The notes: generated by a model from the letters alone, not told the origin. A DNA stretch of 64,000 nt from Cycas panzhihuaensis (GCA_023213395.1 CM041465.1:149985741-150049740), one strand, 5' to 3'. Counted from the first letter of the stretch, positions 11,120 through 25,500 are shown. A program made the numbers and translations.

Positions 11120-14100
11120 CTTTTATCTTCAATAAATCTCACAAATTTAAAAATTTTACTTCTGACAATGATTTGGTAAGAATGTCAGCAACCTGTATAT
11201 CTGTAGGACAATAAGATAAATGAATAATATTATCAATAACAAGATTATGTATAAAATGTTGATGTAATTCTATATGCTTAGTTCATGAATGAGCAACAAG
11301 ATTAGTGATAATAGCAATAGCACCTTGATTATTGACTTTAAGTTCAATAGAAGAGTTGGGAAACAGACCAAGTTCACTTAAAAGAGATTTGATCCACAAT
11401 GCTTCTTTGCTTGCTTCAACAAATGCTCGATATTTAACTTCTATTGATGATAATGTTAGAGCTTGCATTTTTTTACTAGACCAAGTAATAAGTGAGGAAT
11501 CTAAGAAAAAAACATAGCCAGCTATTAATTTTTGATCATTAGAGTCTCTTGCCCAATCTAAATCAGTATATCCTGTTAATTTTAGAGTATTATTATAAAA
11601 ATTATAAGTTAAGCCATAAAAAATAGTACCTTAAAGATATTTGAGAATTTATTTACTGGCTTTCCAATGTGACTGATGTAGTTTTTACATATATCTAGAA
11701 TATAGAGCAACATCATAGAAGATATCCAGTCGAGTATGTGTTAAATAAATTACGCTTCCAATGAGTTATCTATATAATGTCAGATCACAAAGTGGTGTTG
11801 AACAATCAGTAGATAACTTAACTCCTAATTGTAAGGGATTAAGAGTAAGTTTAGTATTTTCTATGTTAAACCTTTTGATTAAGTCTAAGATATATTTAAG
11901 TTGGGATATTATTATTTTTAAATCAGTTTGATAAATTTATAATCTGAGGAAATAATGTAAAAGACCTAAGTTGGTCATTTTAAATTTATTCATCAAGGTC
12001 AATTTTAGTTGATGAATATTGATGATGAAGGTTTATGTAATGATGATATCATCAACAAATTTAATTAATATGGTAATGTTTTTATCTTCACATTTAAAGT
12101 AAAGGTTTGGATCACTAATACATCTAGTGCATCCATTTTGAGTAAGATAATCATCTACTTTTGTGTACCAAGCTTAAGGAACTTGTTTCAACTGGTAGAT
12201 TGATTTCTTTAACTTGCAAACCAAGCTAGGATTATCAACAAAGCTTAGAGGCCGAGTCATATAGATTTCTCTTTTGAGATTGCCATTTAAAAAGGTGCTC
12301 TTAACATCAATTTAATGGATTTTCCAACTAAATTTGTTTGTTAAAGTAATAATAATTTTGATAGTATTCATTTTAGTGATAGGAGCGAAGGTTTTATTAT
12401 AATTGATACCATCAATTTGTGAGAAACCTTTTGCAACTAAGCAAGCTTTATGTTTTTCAATAGCTCATGTTGAATTAAATTTAGTTTGATAAATCCATTT
12501 ACAATCAACTAGATTCTTTCCTAGCGGTAAAGTAATAAGATCCCAAGTTGAATTCTTTTTTAAAGCATCTACTTCAACTTGTATGACTTGATGCTAGATG
12601 GGATTGTTACTAGCTTATTTAAATATTTTTGGATCATTATTGGCTATTATTTTGGCTATTAGTGTATAATTAGTTTATAGTTTTTGAGAACATATTCTCC
12701 TAGTATCTGAAGGATTACCTACGTCAGATCTAACATCAGAAAGAGTTTTCTTTGCTAATACAGGTTATTTGTTTGTTGAAGTTCCTATTATAATTAGTTG
12801 ATATAAAGAAATAGGTTGGGTGGAAGGATCTATAGCAGTTGGTTCAGATAAAGTCTAATTCTCAACTTACGTAGATAAGGATTCTATCATTTCAGAGTCA
12901 GCTTATTTTTTTGAAGGGTCAACTAAATAAGTGTTGGTTAACAAATTCTTAATTGGGAGTTCTACATAAGTAGAATTTGATATGGATCCTTCTTCATCAA
13001 ATATTACATCACATAAGATTGAGATCTTATGTGTGATTGAATCTAGAAGTCTATAGGCTTTGCTTTCTTCATTGTAACCAATGAAGATGTATTTTAAACT
13101 TTTACGATCTAGTTTCTTATATTTTTCTTTGGGAACGTATCCCCATGCAATCCTTCTAAAGATTCTAAGATGTTTAACTGAAGGTTTATGACTAGACCAT
13201 TTCTATTCTGGCGTAACATTCTTTAAGGTCTTACTAGGTAGATGATTAAGGAGATAGTTAGAGCAAGCAATTATTTTTGCCCATAACTTTATATTAAGAC
13301 TCTTTGCATATAGCATGCATCATGTCATTTCAATTAGAGTATAATTTATACATTCAACAACACTATTTTCTTAAAGAGTGTAAGCAATAGAATGTTGAAA
13401 TTAAATTTCATATTTTTTGCAAAAAGAAATAATTTTACTACTTAGGTATTCCTTAGTATTATCTGATCTAAAATTTTTGACTTTTGAGTTAGATTGATTT
13501 TCAACAAGTGTTTTGAATTTAATAAAGATGTCAAACATTTGGTTTCTAGTTTTGAGTGTGTACACCCAACATTTTCTTGAAAACGCATCAATAAAGGTGA
13601 CAAAATAATGACTACCAAAGTATGAAGTTACTTGGAATGGTCCACATATATTAGAGTGAACAAGTTCAAGTGGAACTTTCGTTCTGAATTGAGTCTGATG
13701 CGGAAAGGGATCCATGTGTTGCTTACCTATTATGCAGGCTTCACAGACACCATAAACAATAGTTAGAGGTAAAAGACCATAAACCATATCATGTCTTTTT
13801 AGATAGTGAAGTTTGCCATAGCTAGTATGGCCAAACCGTGCATGCCATAATTTATTGGCTGGGTCAGATTTAACTATAAAGGCACTAAAAGAATTTGATT
13901 TAGTATATTATAAACTAGTTAGGTTATAGAGACCTATTTTATGATTAACAGGTCCCGAGGAAATTGATTGGAATTTATTTAAAGGTTCTTTAATAATAAA
14001 TTTGTCTTTCTAGAATTCGACAACAAGTTCTTTTTGGCAGATTTGATAAACAGAAAGAAGGTTTGGTAATAAACCAGGAACGTAAAATACATCCTTGATT

Positions 14101-15287
14101 GAACCATATTTCAGAGTAACATCACCTAATCTTTTTATTTTAAGTTGATATTCACTCCCAAAAGAAATCTTTTCTTCAGAGTTAGTATCATATTGATAAG
14201 TGGTTAAATGCTCCTAGTGTCCTGTCATGTGATGGGAAGCACCAGAGTCAAGAATCCATTACGATGATATACTAGATGGAGCAATGAAGGTAGAGGTTGT
14301 AGCAGTTAAAGAATGATTATGTGATTAGGGTCAGGATTAAATTTCCTTATAAGCTTTCCAAGCTTCTGAAGCTATTATATTTCTATAGATATCAATAGTA
14401 TGGCCTTTTTTATGGCAATAAGCACAACTGATGTTCTGTGAAGGATTTACAGTGTTTCATTTTAGAATAAACTATTTAGAGGTATTCTAATATCTTAGTG
14501 GTCTAGAATACTTAGTATTATTTTGAGAAGTAGTTGGTGGACCTCTGTAAGGTTTCTAAAACTTAGGATTACTATTATAATTATTTTGATGTTTAGTTTT
14601 ATTTTGTGGTTTTGATTTTAAAAAGAAAGCCTGAGAAGGATCCTTTAATTTTCTAGTTTAAATAAATATTATTTGGTATTCTATCCATTGAATTTTCAAC
14701 TGATTAAAGGTTACTAGTGGATTACCAACTTGCTATCTAATAGTCTTGAATAGATTAAAATGCTTTAGAAGTTTGTTTATTACTAAATAGATGACTGCAT
14801 CATCATCTTTGGCATGTGTGACTTTTTCTTCTTTATCACCTACTTTTATTGTAGATTTAATACAATTTTATAGTTCTTTGTTGATAAGTTAAATTTTGGA
14901 TAAGAAATATTTAACTTTAGAAAAGTCATCATACTTGAGGTCATATAATTATTATTTTGGGATAACTAATTGTTGTGTGTTGACCTTGTCGTACTTTTCC
15001 TTAAGAGTTTTCTAGACAGTGGCAAGATCATTTGTATCAGAGAATTACTGACTAATGTCAGGTGAAAGAGATGATAGGATAGTGCCTAGGGCTCCATCAC
15101 AATTCATCAGATAGACCATATAACTTTCTAATTTTTTGTCTTTTGGTTTTACAAATTCACTTGTAACTTATCGCCATATCTTTTGTTGTTTAAGCTAATA
15201 GGATATTCGATTTTTCCAGTTGGCATAATTTGAGCCATTTAAAACTGGAATTGGTATACAGGTGGTTGAACTTGGCATGAGTGCCAT
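11120..15287 (-). pseudogene. Element C gag-pol
   Basis: Start MALMPSSTTCIPIPVLNGSNYANW, PR ILDSGASHHM, INT LELVHSNICGPF...FIDAFSRKCWVY, RT FVDDII, RH ALTLSSIEVKY...KHIE. Multiple stops. Confidence 0.92.
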
Positions 15288-17009
15288 TATGGGTACAAAA
15301 TGATGATTAGAGATCCTCTTAAAAGAGGTTATGACAAGTTTGACTGTAGGTGAATTAATAAATTAAATAGGTCACAAAACTCATTGATAACCATTAAACA
15401 TTAAAGGTATCCTTTAATTTACCATTGATAATTAATAGAGATGTTTTAAGAGCTTGAGATCATTACTATTATTTGAGATAGATTGTTTAAATACCCTTCC
15501 CTTAAAAGAAAATTAAATTTTAATAAATACTCCCCTTTCTAGATTATTAAAAAAAAATATTATTATTATTCCCCTTGTTGTTAAGGTAGCTTAATATTTT
15601 GAAAGGGACTAATTAAGATACTTAATGCTCTAAAAATCACCTTATAATCAATTATATGATTAATGATTTTATTAAAAAATGATGAAGGGGTTAATTTAGA
15701 CTAATTTTTTATAGTGATGATTACCCTTTAATAATAAAAAAGAAAACTTAAATAGAGTTATTGTTGAATGAAATAAAGTGCTATAAATTAAAGACAAATA
15801 ATTGAATAGAGAATAAGTTTATTATAATATATTAATATTTAAATCATAAAAAATTAAGTGATTAAGGGAGGGTGGGTATTAATATTAATAAAAAATAGGA
15901 GGGGAAGGTACTTTAGAAATGTGTGTTTTTAATTAATTACCTAATTATCCTAAATTAACTAGGTTTGATTTAATTACTTATAAAGTTTGAAATAAATAAA
16001 TAAAAATGTGGGGGGGAGGGGGGAGGAGGTGGGCCCGAATTAATTTTTAACTAAACAAAAAAGAATTTTAATTAAACAAAAAAAAAATTATATCAAATTT
16101 ATTTTAATGTTAGGTTTGTTTTGGGTTATGATACCCTACCTAGTTATGTTCTTCATCACGTCGAGGTGGAGGCTATGGTGTTGGATTAATCTTGAGGTCA
16201 AGGTGGCTATGGCATTTGATTGTTCTTCAGATCGTTCTCCTTATGGTGATGGCGTAGGTGAGGATTTGGCATTGGGTGTGGTCCCTCTATGTGATGGCAT
16301 TTGAGGGTTGTCCACTACTCCGTCTAGGCATCCTCTAATCTTCCTTCATCTTGATCGGTGGTGGATTCAGTTGTTCTTCTAATTGTGGCTATGTCTTCCT
16401 TCTTACGTCATTCAAGGTAGTTCGAAATAGGCTATGGGCTTCTGCGTTGGCCTAAACCCAAACTCGGACTAATCTTATTGTTATCTTCTCCCACCTTCTC
16501 CTCTTCCTTCTCTCTGGGGTGATCAAGATGTGGATTACAACAACTGCTTTTGCCACGGAAACCCTTGTCCACTACACCATCTATTTTGTTCTGTTCTTAT
16601 AAACCTTGACCCTATTGCACTCACATTCACATGCTCGACTTTGCAAGTCCCTTCTCTTGCGAGCACTTGCCACTGAACCAAGAGTCTAAGATAAGTGCAT
16701 GACAGAGAAAATATTGCACTTCCATGGCGGCATTTATTTAGGGTTTTAAATGATCTTGGTTTCGTAAACCTCGTGTAGTGAATGATGATGATGGCAGGAA
16801 TCTAAGCAGAAGCATTAAAATGATCTGCCTTACATACATGCTAAGTATAGTTTTCTTCGCCCTTAGTACAAGTTTGGGATATTTAAAAGAGTTAAAAGAT
16901 AACTGAGAGAGGATTTGCCCTCACACAAACTGTCAAAAAAATTTGGAGTAATGGGAAGATTGTTGAGAAGGTTTGAGTAGGAGGAGAAAGGCAAAGCAAA
17001 GAAGAAAGA

Positions 17010-17340
17010 TGAGTCTAGGACCCCAAGGGCTCTTTCTAGGCTATAATCTCCCTTAAAGAGGTTAGCTTGTAATTCAGCTCTATTCCCTTATATTCTATTG
17101 AAGAATGTTATTGTATAGATGGAGTTTTATATTGAGAATGGCCTTGTTCCACTAGAAGGGTACATGCCATGGAATTCTACACTTGAGGATAGGAATAGAG
17201 TAATTGATCCTCAATTTTCTAGTTCAAAAGAATGTGAAGTATTAATGATAGTAGGGCTTCCAGCCTTAGGAAAAATTATTTGGTCTAAGAATTGGGCAAA
17301 AGAGCATTATGAGAAGTGATATATGGATTTGGGATAAACA
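17010..17340 (+). pseudogene. Captured fragment of a plant hnRNP-U-like (SPRY end + P-loop/AAA_33 start) gene, antisense within the 5' leader of element C
   Basis: Reads SALFPYILLKNVIV*MEFYIENGLVPLEGYMPWNSTLEDRNRVIDPQFSSSKECEVLMIVGLPALGKIIWSKNWAKEHYEK*YM. This matches from memory the family signature FPHVLLKN...CEVxMMVGLPASGKTTWAEKW.KEHPEKRY. Confidence 0.85.
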
Positions 17341-17354
17341 AAGCTTTGATACCA

Positions 17355-17785
17355 TGTTGAGGATAGGTATCGTATGTAATATCAACAAGATTAAATTCAA
17401 AGCATAAAACAACAACAAATGAATATTGCATATATACACATCATTTGGCAGGTGGAAAACCGCTTCTAGGGAAGAGAAACCACCTCTGAATTTAAGTTAT
17501 TTATTGAGAAGATAAATATAGAACATAAGAACCTTACCAAACTAAAAAACCTCCTCCATACCAGATAATACCTTTAGACCAGACTTAAGATAGCTTCTAG
17601 ACATCATTCAAACCACCTCCTAGATTCTAGGAGGAGCTTTTAAGGAGTAAGAGGTTGGTAGTTGCACATTTCAACGAACTTACATAATGAACAATTATTA
17701 AACATAAACCTTATAAAAATGATTTTAGAAACTTAAATATATATTTAAGACATGCGAAAAAAAAGTAACATTAATATTCTTAACA
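17355..17785 (-). repeat. 5' LTR of element C
   Basis: TGTT...AACA, adjacent to the PBS and TSD. Confidence 0.95.
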
Positions 17786-17790
17786 CTACC

Positions 17791-19930
17791 AAACCACTCA
17801 TTACTTTTAATTCATCCTAACTCAGTGGGCATTATGATTACGATAGCATTCCCTCTTTTATCATTTGTATTATAAGTAGGGAATGGAATGTAAAAGGGAT
17901 ATTATTGATGAAGGTGTTTCCACCAACGTCATTCCTCTTCATTTTCTTGAACTCTTAGTATTTTCACTTTAAAACCCATGAGTTAGGTATACCAAGGCTT
18001 CAATAAAACTTAAATTATTCTTATAAGCAAAGTCTTACTTCCTCTAACCCTTCATAATAAAACTCTTATTATAAACTTTGCCATCATTGACTTGGATTTA
18101 GAATACAACATTTTATTAGGTCAATATTGAATCAACCAGGTAGGGGCCATTTATTCCTCTCTCTTTGGCAAAATCTAGTTCATTTATGATGAAGAGGCCT
18201 AAGTGGTTCGTCATTAGTACAAACCCCAATAATAATAAATCTCCATAGTTAATGCTTTTTCTAAGGAAGATGAGACTAAACCTTCCTTTATTTCACTTGG
18301 CTTTAACCAATACTTTCATCTTAAAGCCCCTAATATTAATAAAGGAATAGAGATCAAAGATGTTTATATGGTTAGTTAAGTTATTTGTAACCTTAACCTA
18401 TTTGAAATTAATGAAACCATCCTTGAATATCTTGCTAGTTTATATCCTAATCTTTTTCTCACTTATTATAAACTTGGCTTTGTTAATTTCATTCACTGTA
18501 GCTCTCCTTTAACTTCTAAAGATGAGGAGACTTCCATGAAGACTCCTCTAATTAATCTTGATCCTTCTTACTATGAGGAGGATAACACTTTCCTAGTTAG
18601 TAATACCATTGATGTCAATCTTGGCATTGCTAAAGAACCTCATATTATTAAAGTGGGGTTTGAGTACTCCCCTAAAGAGTTCTAATAAATTAAGGAACTC
18701 TACACTAAGTTCTCTACTATATTTTATTGGCACTATTTGAATATGAAAGGACTCCACCCTGACATAGTTTTCTATGACATCAACACTCTTCTAAGATCCA
18801 AGCCCGAGCACCAATAATAGAGACATATTAACCCTTCACTTTCAAATACCATCAAGTTGGAGGTTAAGAAAGTTTTAAAGACTAGATACATTAAGTGTAT
18901 AGATATAGACTATAGACTACCCTAAATGGGTTTCCAACATTATCCCAATCTCTAAGAAAAATAATTCTATTAGGATTTACATGATGTTAAATAAATTAAT
19001 GATGTATGCCCTAAAGACAACTTTCCCTTACCTTCTATTAATCAATCTATCGATTTTGAGGTCATTGTCCCTTATGAGTGGATTTTTAGCCTATAATTAG
19101 ATCCTCATCATGCCTGAATATTGTCATAAAATTTCCTTTACTACTCCATGTGATCACTTACAAGGCTATACCCTTTAGCCTTAAGAATCCTAATACTATT
19201 ATATCTTTCATGATTTAACAGATCATAAAATTGGTGTTTATTTTAATAACATGATAGGACTCTTTAAGAGTTGTAATGGACGTATTAATGACCTCCAAAT
19301 CATATTTGAGAGGTGTTAAAGATATCACCTTTCCCTTAACCCTCTTAAGTATACCTATGCTTTTAACTCCAACCAAATCCTCAGTAATATCATTTCAAGA
19401 GTGGGAATCCATATTGACCCTATCAAAGTCAAAGTAATCATTGAGATGTCACCACTTGTCACTCAAAAATAGGTTAAATCCTTCCTAAGGCAATTGGGTT
19501 TCCTACATAGGTTCCTTACCAACTTTATGTTGAATGCCAAGTTTCTTACTAACCTTTAAAAGAAGGGAATTCCTCTTCACTAGATTCTTCAATCTTAAAA
19601 TCCTTTTATAAACTTAAAGAAGGAATTGTCTCTACTCCTATTCTAATACTTCCTCATTTTGATAGACCCTTTCTCTCATACATCTCAGGTACTAAAGAAT
19701 CCCTTGAGGGTACAGTAGCCCAAGAATATGACTTTGGTATCGAATATGTTGTTTAATTTATTAATAGGATTCTAGTTAGTGCCAAAATCAGTTATCTTTT
19801 ATTGAGAAGGAGTGTCTTGCCTTGGTCTTTACAACTGGGAAATTATACCATTATCTCTTAGATAACATTACAAAGATCATCACTCAATCTAATCCTATTT
19901 GAATCCTTCTCATTAAGGCAAATCTTACTA
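17791..19930 (+). pseudogene. Element B pol segment: protease, RT, RNase H
   Basis: IDEGVSTNV-like protease site (~17905), WVSNIIPISKKNNSIR and CPKDNFPLPSI (~18930-19040, Tat/Ogre-type RT), IEKECLALVF (~19800). Confidence 0.88.
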
Positions 19931-20471
19931 TGTTAAACCTTATGTTTACATGTTAAGCAATGTACCTTATAATGTTTTATTATTTGTACTTTAAGTGTTA
20001 CTTATCACTTAAGTCATAAAGTGCACACCCACATTCTTTTTAGTGATATAACATTGTAACTTAAGGGTCAAAGTGACCCTTATGTACTTTTACTCATAAG
20101 AGATCCCCAAGTACACTTATCCTACATGAAAAAGGTGTAGCTTGGATGTTTAACACTTATCAAATATCAAGCCCCTTAGGTCTCTTCTCTAACTCTATAT
20201 ATTAAGACCAATTCTTTTGTATTTTATATGGAGAGTAAGTAGTACTGTTATGCTGCTAGTTTGCTAATCAAGCATTCATTCTTATTTAGAGATTGGGCCA
20301 ATTCCTTTTCTTTCATATTAGTATTCTTATGCCTATGCTTTCTATGTTTATGATTTCTTATAGTGCTCATTTCAATATTTGCTTTCATAGATGCTAATCA
20401 TCTCATTTATAAGTAAATCTTTCCTTTCCTTGAGATCCTTAAGTTTATAGGTTTAATACCCATTTCTAACA
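19931..20471 (+). repeat. 5' LTR of element D
   Basis: Direct repeat of 26566-27108. Confidence 0.95.
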
Positions 20472-22505
20472 TTTGGTATTAGAGTTGTTGAGAGGAGTCT
20501 TTTCTACTTTTTTTTTTCTCAAATCTATGAGAGGGTACTAAACCCTTGGTGATGACCTTCATTCTCTAAAGGCAATCTAAGGCTTGGTTTAGCCATTTTT
20601 TGAATTTATTCACCATTATGTGATTATTTGCAAACCATAGATTACTTAATTTATATTTTGGATTTTTTTTAGACATTTTCTTTTTTGGGTGAAACACTAA
20701 TATTTTGCTAAAAATAGTGATTTTTTTTTAAATTAATTATTTTATAGGGCATTTTCTCTCAAATCTATAAAAGATATAGAGATTAAGCTCAAATCTACTC
20801 ATTAGAGGCTAAAAGAACTCATATTATCTTAAATTTATATATCGAGATGAAGAAGTTTATTGTCACAAGCTCTTGCTAGCTTCCCTCTAATGAAATACAC
20901 TCTTTGTAGTAGGAAATCTTCTAAGTGAGTAGTAGTTATCTTCCTTCTGACTACTGAATAATGTCTAAGCATCACACAACCTACTCATTGAGATTTGTTG
21001 GGTGATGCACTCCCTCCATAACTTGGGTAGCTCTTTATAAGATGAGGCAACCTCCTTATTCAAACTCAACTCTCTTCTAATATTTGTGTGGCTTCTTAGT
21101 GGCCAACATCATTATTTCATGGTGATCATTTATCATTTTCAAGTCTTAATTATCATCTAATCCTCATCTCTCTATCAGTTAGTTGTGCGACTATCATGAC
21201 AAATAAACAACTTATTTATGCTTGTTCGTACACTAAATCTCCTCATACTTATCTTCAATCCATTGTATACATTGGGGAAATCAAAATTTAAAGCCAAATT
21301 TTAATTTTAATCCTCCATTTAATCTCTCTTGATGTTTGCTCGATTAATTTTTCCACAAGTCTATTGTCATCATTTTTTTTTGTAAAATTTTCATATTTTA
21401 TAATTTATAATATAACCTTAGGTTATTAAAATAAGAACATTCCTTGAATATTCTTCTTTTTATTATTTTCATTTACCTAAAGTTTTTTTTTCAAGTGTAA
21501 ATTTAATGATATTTCATCATTAGTAAGCCTTACACTCACTTTTCTTTATTTCTTGAGTTCACTAACACATAAAATTTTTTTGCAAGTGTGTTATATGACT
21601 AAAAAATAAGTGATTTTAGACTTTTTATACTCATTTGTAACAAATTCACATAGTATAATTATTTTTCTTAAGGCTCCCTATGCGGTGATGTTAGTGCTCT
21701 AGTCTTAAAAATGGCTAAAATTCACTTTTTAAATAAAATCACTTAATTTTTTGGAGTCCAGTTAGGACTATTTAAAATCCTAAAATATTGGTGGTACTTG
21801 TATACTCTTGTAAGTGATTGATTTTCATTATTAAAGTGGTTATTTTGTCATTAAAAGAGAATCCATTTGAAGCGCTACATCAAGCAAGCTCTATATTTTA
21901 CTTAGATACTTAACACTATTTTTTTCTATTTTAAGTGCTATTAAAAACATTTAATCTGTTACTTTAGATGTACTCATTTACTTCTTTTTGAAGCCTCATT
22001 TGTAAGCTTTTGATTAAGAATTTATAAGCAGCATTTCATCAAGTAAAATTTACTTAAATTCCTTAAAATTTAACTTTAAAATCTTATGGAAGAGACACGA
22101 AAAACATTAAGTCCTTACCTCTATAATCTCAAGCTTGGTGCATTCCCTAGAGGACCAACTGACCGTATAATTAGTGCACAACAATTAAAATTTCTTGGGG
22201 AAAAGGAGGTTCAGAAAGGGTGGTATTAGGGATATGAGTCATAGGAAAAGTATGGCGCATCCATGTAGATCAACCTTACCTACCTTATTCTAAATTTGAC
22301 TTGGTCAACTATTAGATCTACTTAAAGATCAAGGTTAGACCAATTCTTTAGATTAGTGCTCTATCCCTCATTTCTCTATTTAGTTTTTAGATCTTCTAGT
22401 AAGATCATGGTTATTAGTGTGTTAGAAGATAGAACTTAAGTGACAAAATCTTTGAGTTTCAAAGTTCATCTCCTAGCTTGAAGACTTTTAAATAACTTCA
22501 ACATA

Positions 22506-25500
22506 ATGACTATAATTAACATGCTTAATGCATACACCATAAAGTTAACTGGTTAAGATAATTATCAAAAATAGAAGAGATAATCTCAAAATTTATTGAT
22601 TATGAATGAGTTTTGGAGATTTATTTCTATTAAGAACCCTGAGCTTATATATGTGTAAAGTCAAACTAATGAGAATGTCATTATTCAGCTTGATCTAGTT
22701 CTTGTTACTACTTAAGAAGGTAAGAATAAAATTATCTTAGTATTTTTACATATGATTATTTATGTAAATATATATCAAAACATTGTTTATGCTAAAATAT
22801 CTAAAGAAGCATGAGATATTTTATCCTCTTTGTATGAAAGGTGAAATAAAGCTCACATTATGATGATTAAAGATAAATTATACTCTTTAAAGTTTGTAAA
22901 GTCAATGGTATTATTTTTCTCTACTATCAAAGAGATTTGTAATGAGTTGAATACTCTAGAGAAACTTGCTTCTAGGGATGAGCTTGTAATGGCAACATTG
23001 TATGCAATGCCAAAAGATCACAATGGATTCATTTCATCCATTACTAGAGATGGAAAATTAGCTTTTGTAACTTTCAATCAATTTGAAAGTTTACTCCTTT
23101 AAGAGGAATAAATTTACATGAGGGAGAAAAAAGAACCATCAACATTAGGAGCATTCATGGCTAAGTTCAAGGCCAAACAAGCACTTAAACCATGATTTCA
23201 AAAGTAGTTTGGAAACAAGAACATTAGCATATCTAAGACCAATGTAATTTATCATTATTGTGGCAAAGTAGGCCATATAGCTCTTGAATATAGAAAGAAG
23301 TAATCAGATCTACAATAGTCTCATCAATAGTAGCCATGTCAAGAGTAGCCACATTAGCAATAGCCTCATCAATATTAATTTCAATAGCGACAATAACATT
23401 AATCCCTTAGACCAAATCAAAGTACTTTTCAAGGAGGTTAAAGAGGAAGGGGGGCTTTAGAGGTAGAAATTAATGCCACATAAATCGATTTACAGATAAA
23501 GATAAGATGTTTTATTCTTATCATAATTTTAAAATTGATAACACATGGATCATTAACTTAGGGGCATCTCAACATATGGTAGGTAGTGAAGAACTACTTT
23601 ATGACATCAGAGAAGGAAGAGGGTAAACTATTACATTTGGTAACAACAAATCTATGAAGATTTTTAGTATAGGCAAGATTGCCTCATTTCATTCATTCAC
23701 CAACCTTGCTTCTATATTTCCCACTGGAGATGCCTATCTAATACCCTCAATAGAAAATAATCCCTTATATATTAGTTAGTTGGGTAAACAATAGATGAGT
23801 ATCTTATTTAAAAGTGGGAAATGTATAATTAGTGACAAGAATGATCAAGTGATAGCCACTAGTCATGAGGAACATGGACTTTACAAAATAGATACATCAA
23901 ACATAACACTTGATATTACTTATTCTATCACTCAATTTATGCTAAAGGATAAACTTTGGTATAATAGGCTAAGCCACTTGAGCCTAGGCAATATCAAAAT
24001 GATGATTAGTAAAAACATGGTGCATGGGTTTCCAAGGATATTTAGAATAAAGTATCTTTGTGAGGCTTATATTGTAGAGACTTAGCATAGACAACCTTTA
24101 CCTAAAGGTAATCCATGGTATGCATCACAACCCTTGCAGCTAATCCATTTAGATTTATATGGATACATGTCTATGACATCTTTTGGAGGTGCTTTATATT
24201 ACATTTCCTTCATAGATGACTTTTCACATAAAGTTTGAGTTTACTTTATCAAGAAAAAAATTGATGCATTTTAAAAGTTTAAGGAATTCAAATAAGAAGT
24301 GGAAAATGGATATGGATACTTAATTAAAATGAGATCAAATAATTGAGGTGAGTTTACCTCAAAGGAATTCATTCAATTCTACAAGGATCATGAAATTAAG
24401 TAACAACTTACTACTCCTTATACTCCTTAGTAGAATGTACTTTCTAAGTGTATGAATAGGAATTTGGCAAATAAGCCAAAGCAATGATGTATGCTAAAGA
24501 ACCACCTTGCTCTTATTAGGAAGAAGTATTCCACACAACAACCTATATGGCAAATAGGAGTCCTACTTTAGCAGTCACCGACATCACACTAGAGGAGGCT
24601 TGGTATGGCAAGAAGTCAATAGTTATCTATTTGAGGACCTTTGGGTGTACTACTTATATGCACATTCCCCATTAACAAAGCTTGAACTTAGATAAAAATA
24701 GTATCAAATGTATTTTCATTGGCTATGGTGTTCATAACAAGGCATATAAACTATATGATCTTATTTCTAAGAAAATGCATTTTTTAAAAGATGTAATCTT
24801 TGCTAAAGGAGTTGGAATCTACATCCACCTAACCTCTTATTAAAAAAGGCAAGCATATTGTTGAGGATTTCCTTCCCTCACAATCATATATACCATGTAC
24901 ATCTTCTATTCCTATTACTTCTACTTTAACTTTATTTACTTCAAATTTAGCTCCACGCGATCCTAGTACTTCTTTAGTTGATCAGCTTTTATAATAAGAG
25001 GATATTGAGGCTAAAGTTACTTCTATAAAGAAGTTACCCAAATGGTATATATAGATAATATATGATAATCATATCATAGAAGGAAAATGCCTATCTTAGA
25101 TAAGGCAACAAACAAATTATGCACTTATGGATAAAGTGCTTTGTGTTGATAAGCCTTCTACTTTTGAGGATGCATTTAAAAGTGAAAATTGGAAGGCTAT
25201 CATAGATGAAGAAATTCATTCTATTGAAAAGAATAGAACATAGGAAGACATTGATTATGAGGAGACCTCTGCACCAGTTACAAACATGAATACCATTAGA
25301 CTTAGTTTGGCCTTAGTTGTTCAATGCAAATGGCCAATCTATCAAATGGATGTGAAGAGTATCTTCCTTAATGAAGATCTTTAAGAAGAGGTATATTTGG
25401 AGTAACCTCCTAGTTAAATTGTACAAAGCAAAGAGAATTTGATTTATTTCCTTAAGAAGGCTTTATATGGCTTAAAACAAACCCCTGAAAGCATGGTACT

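Larger units (their letters stand above)
10597..17785 (-). mobile_element. Element C: full-length degenerate Ty1/copia
   Basis: LTR pair, perfect TSD CTACC (10592-10596 and 17786-17790), Met-tRNA PBS TGGTATCAAAGC (17354-17343), PPT at 11039-11050, and GAG-PR-INT-RT-RH order. Confidence 0.96.

Noticed and set aside
17119-17319. Functional host hnRNP-U-like exon
   Set aside because: It is flanked by in-frame stops, has a degenerate P-loop (GKII for GKTT), lies inside an LTR element, and no other exons are in the window.
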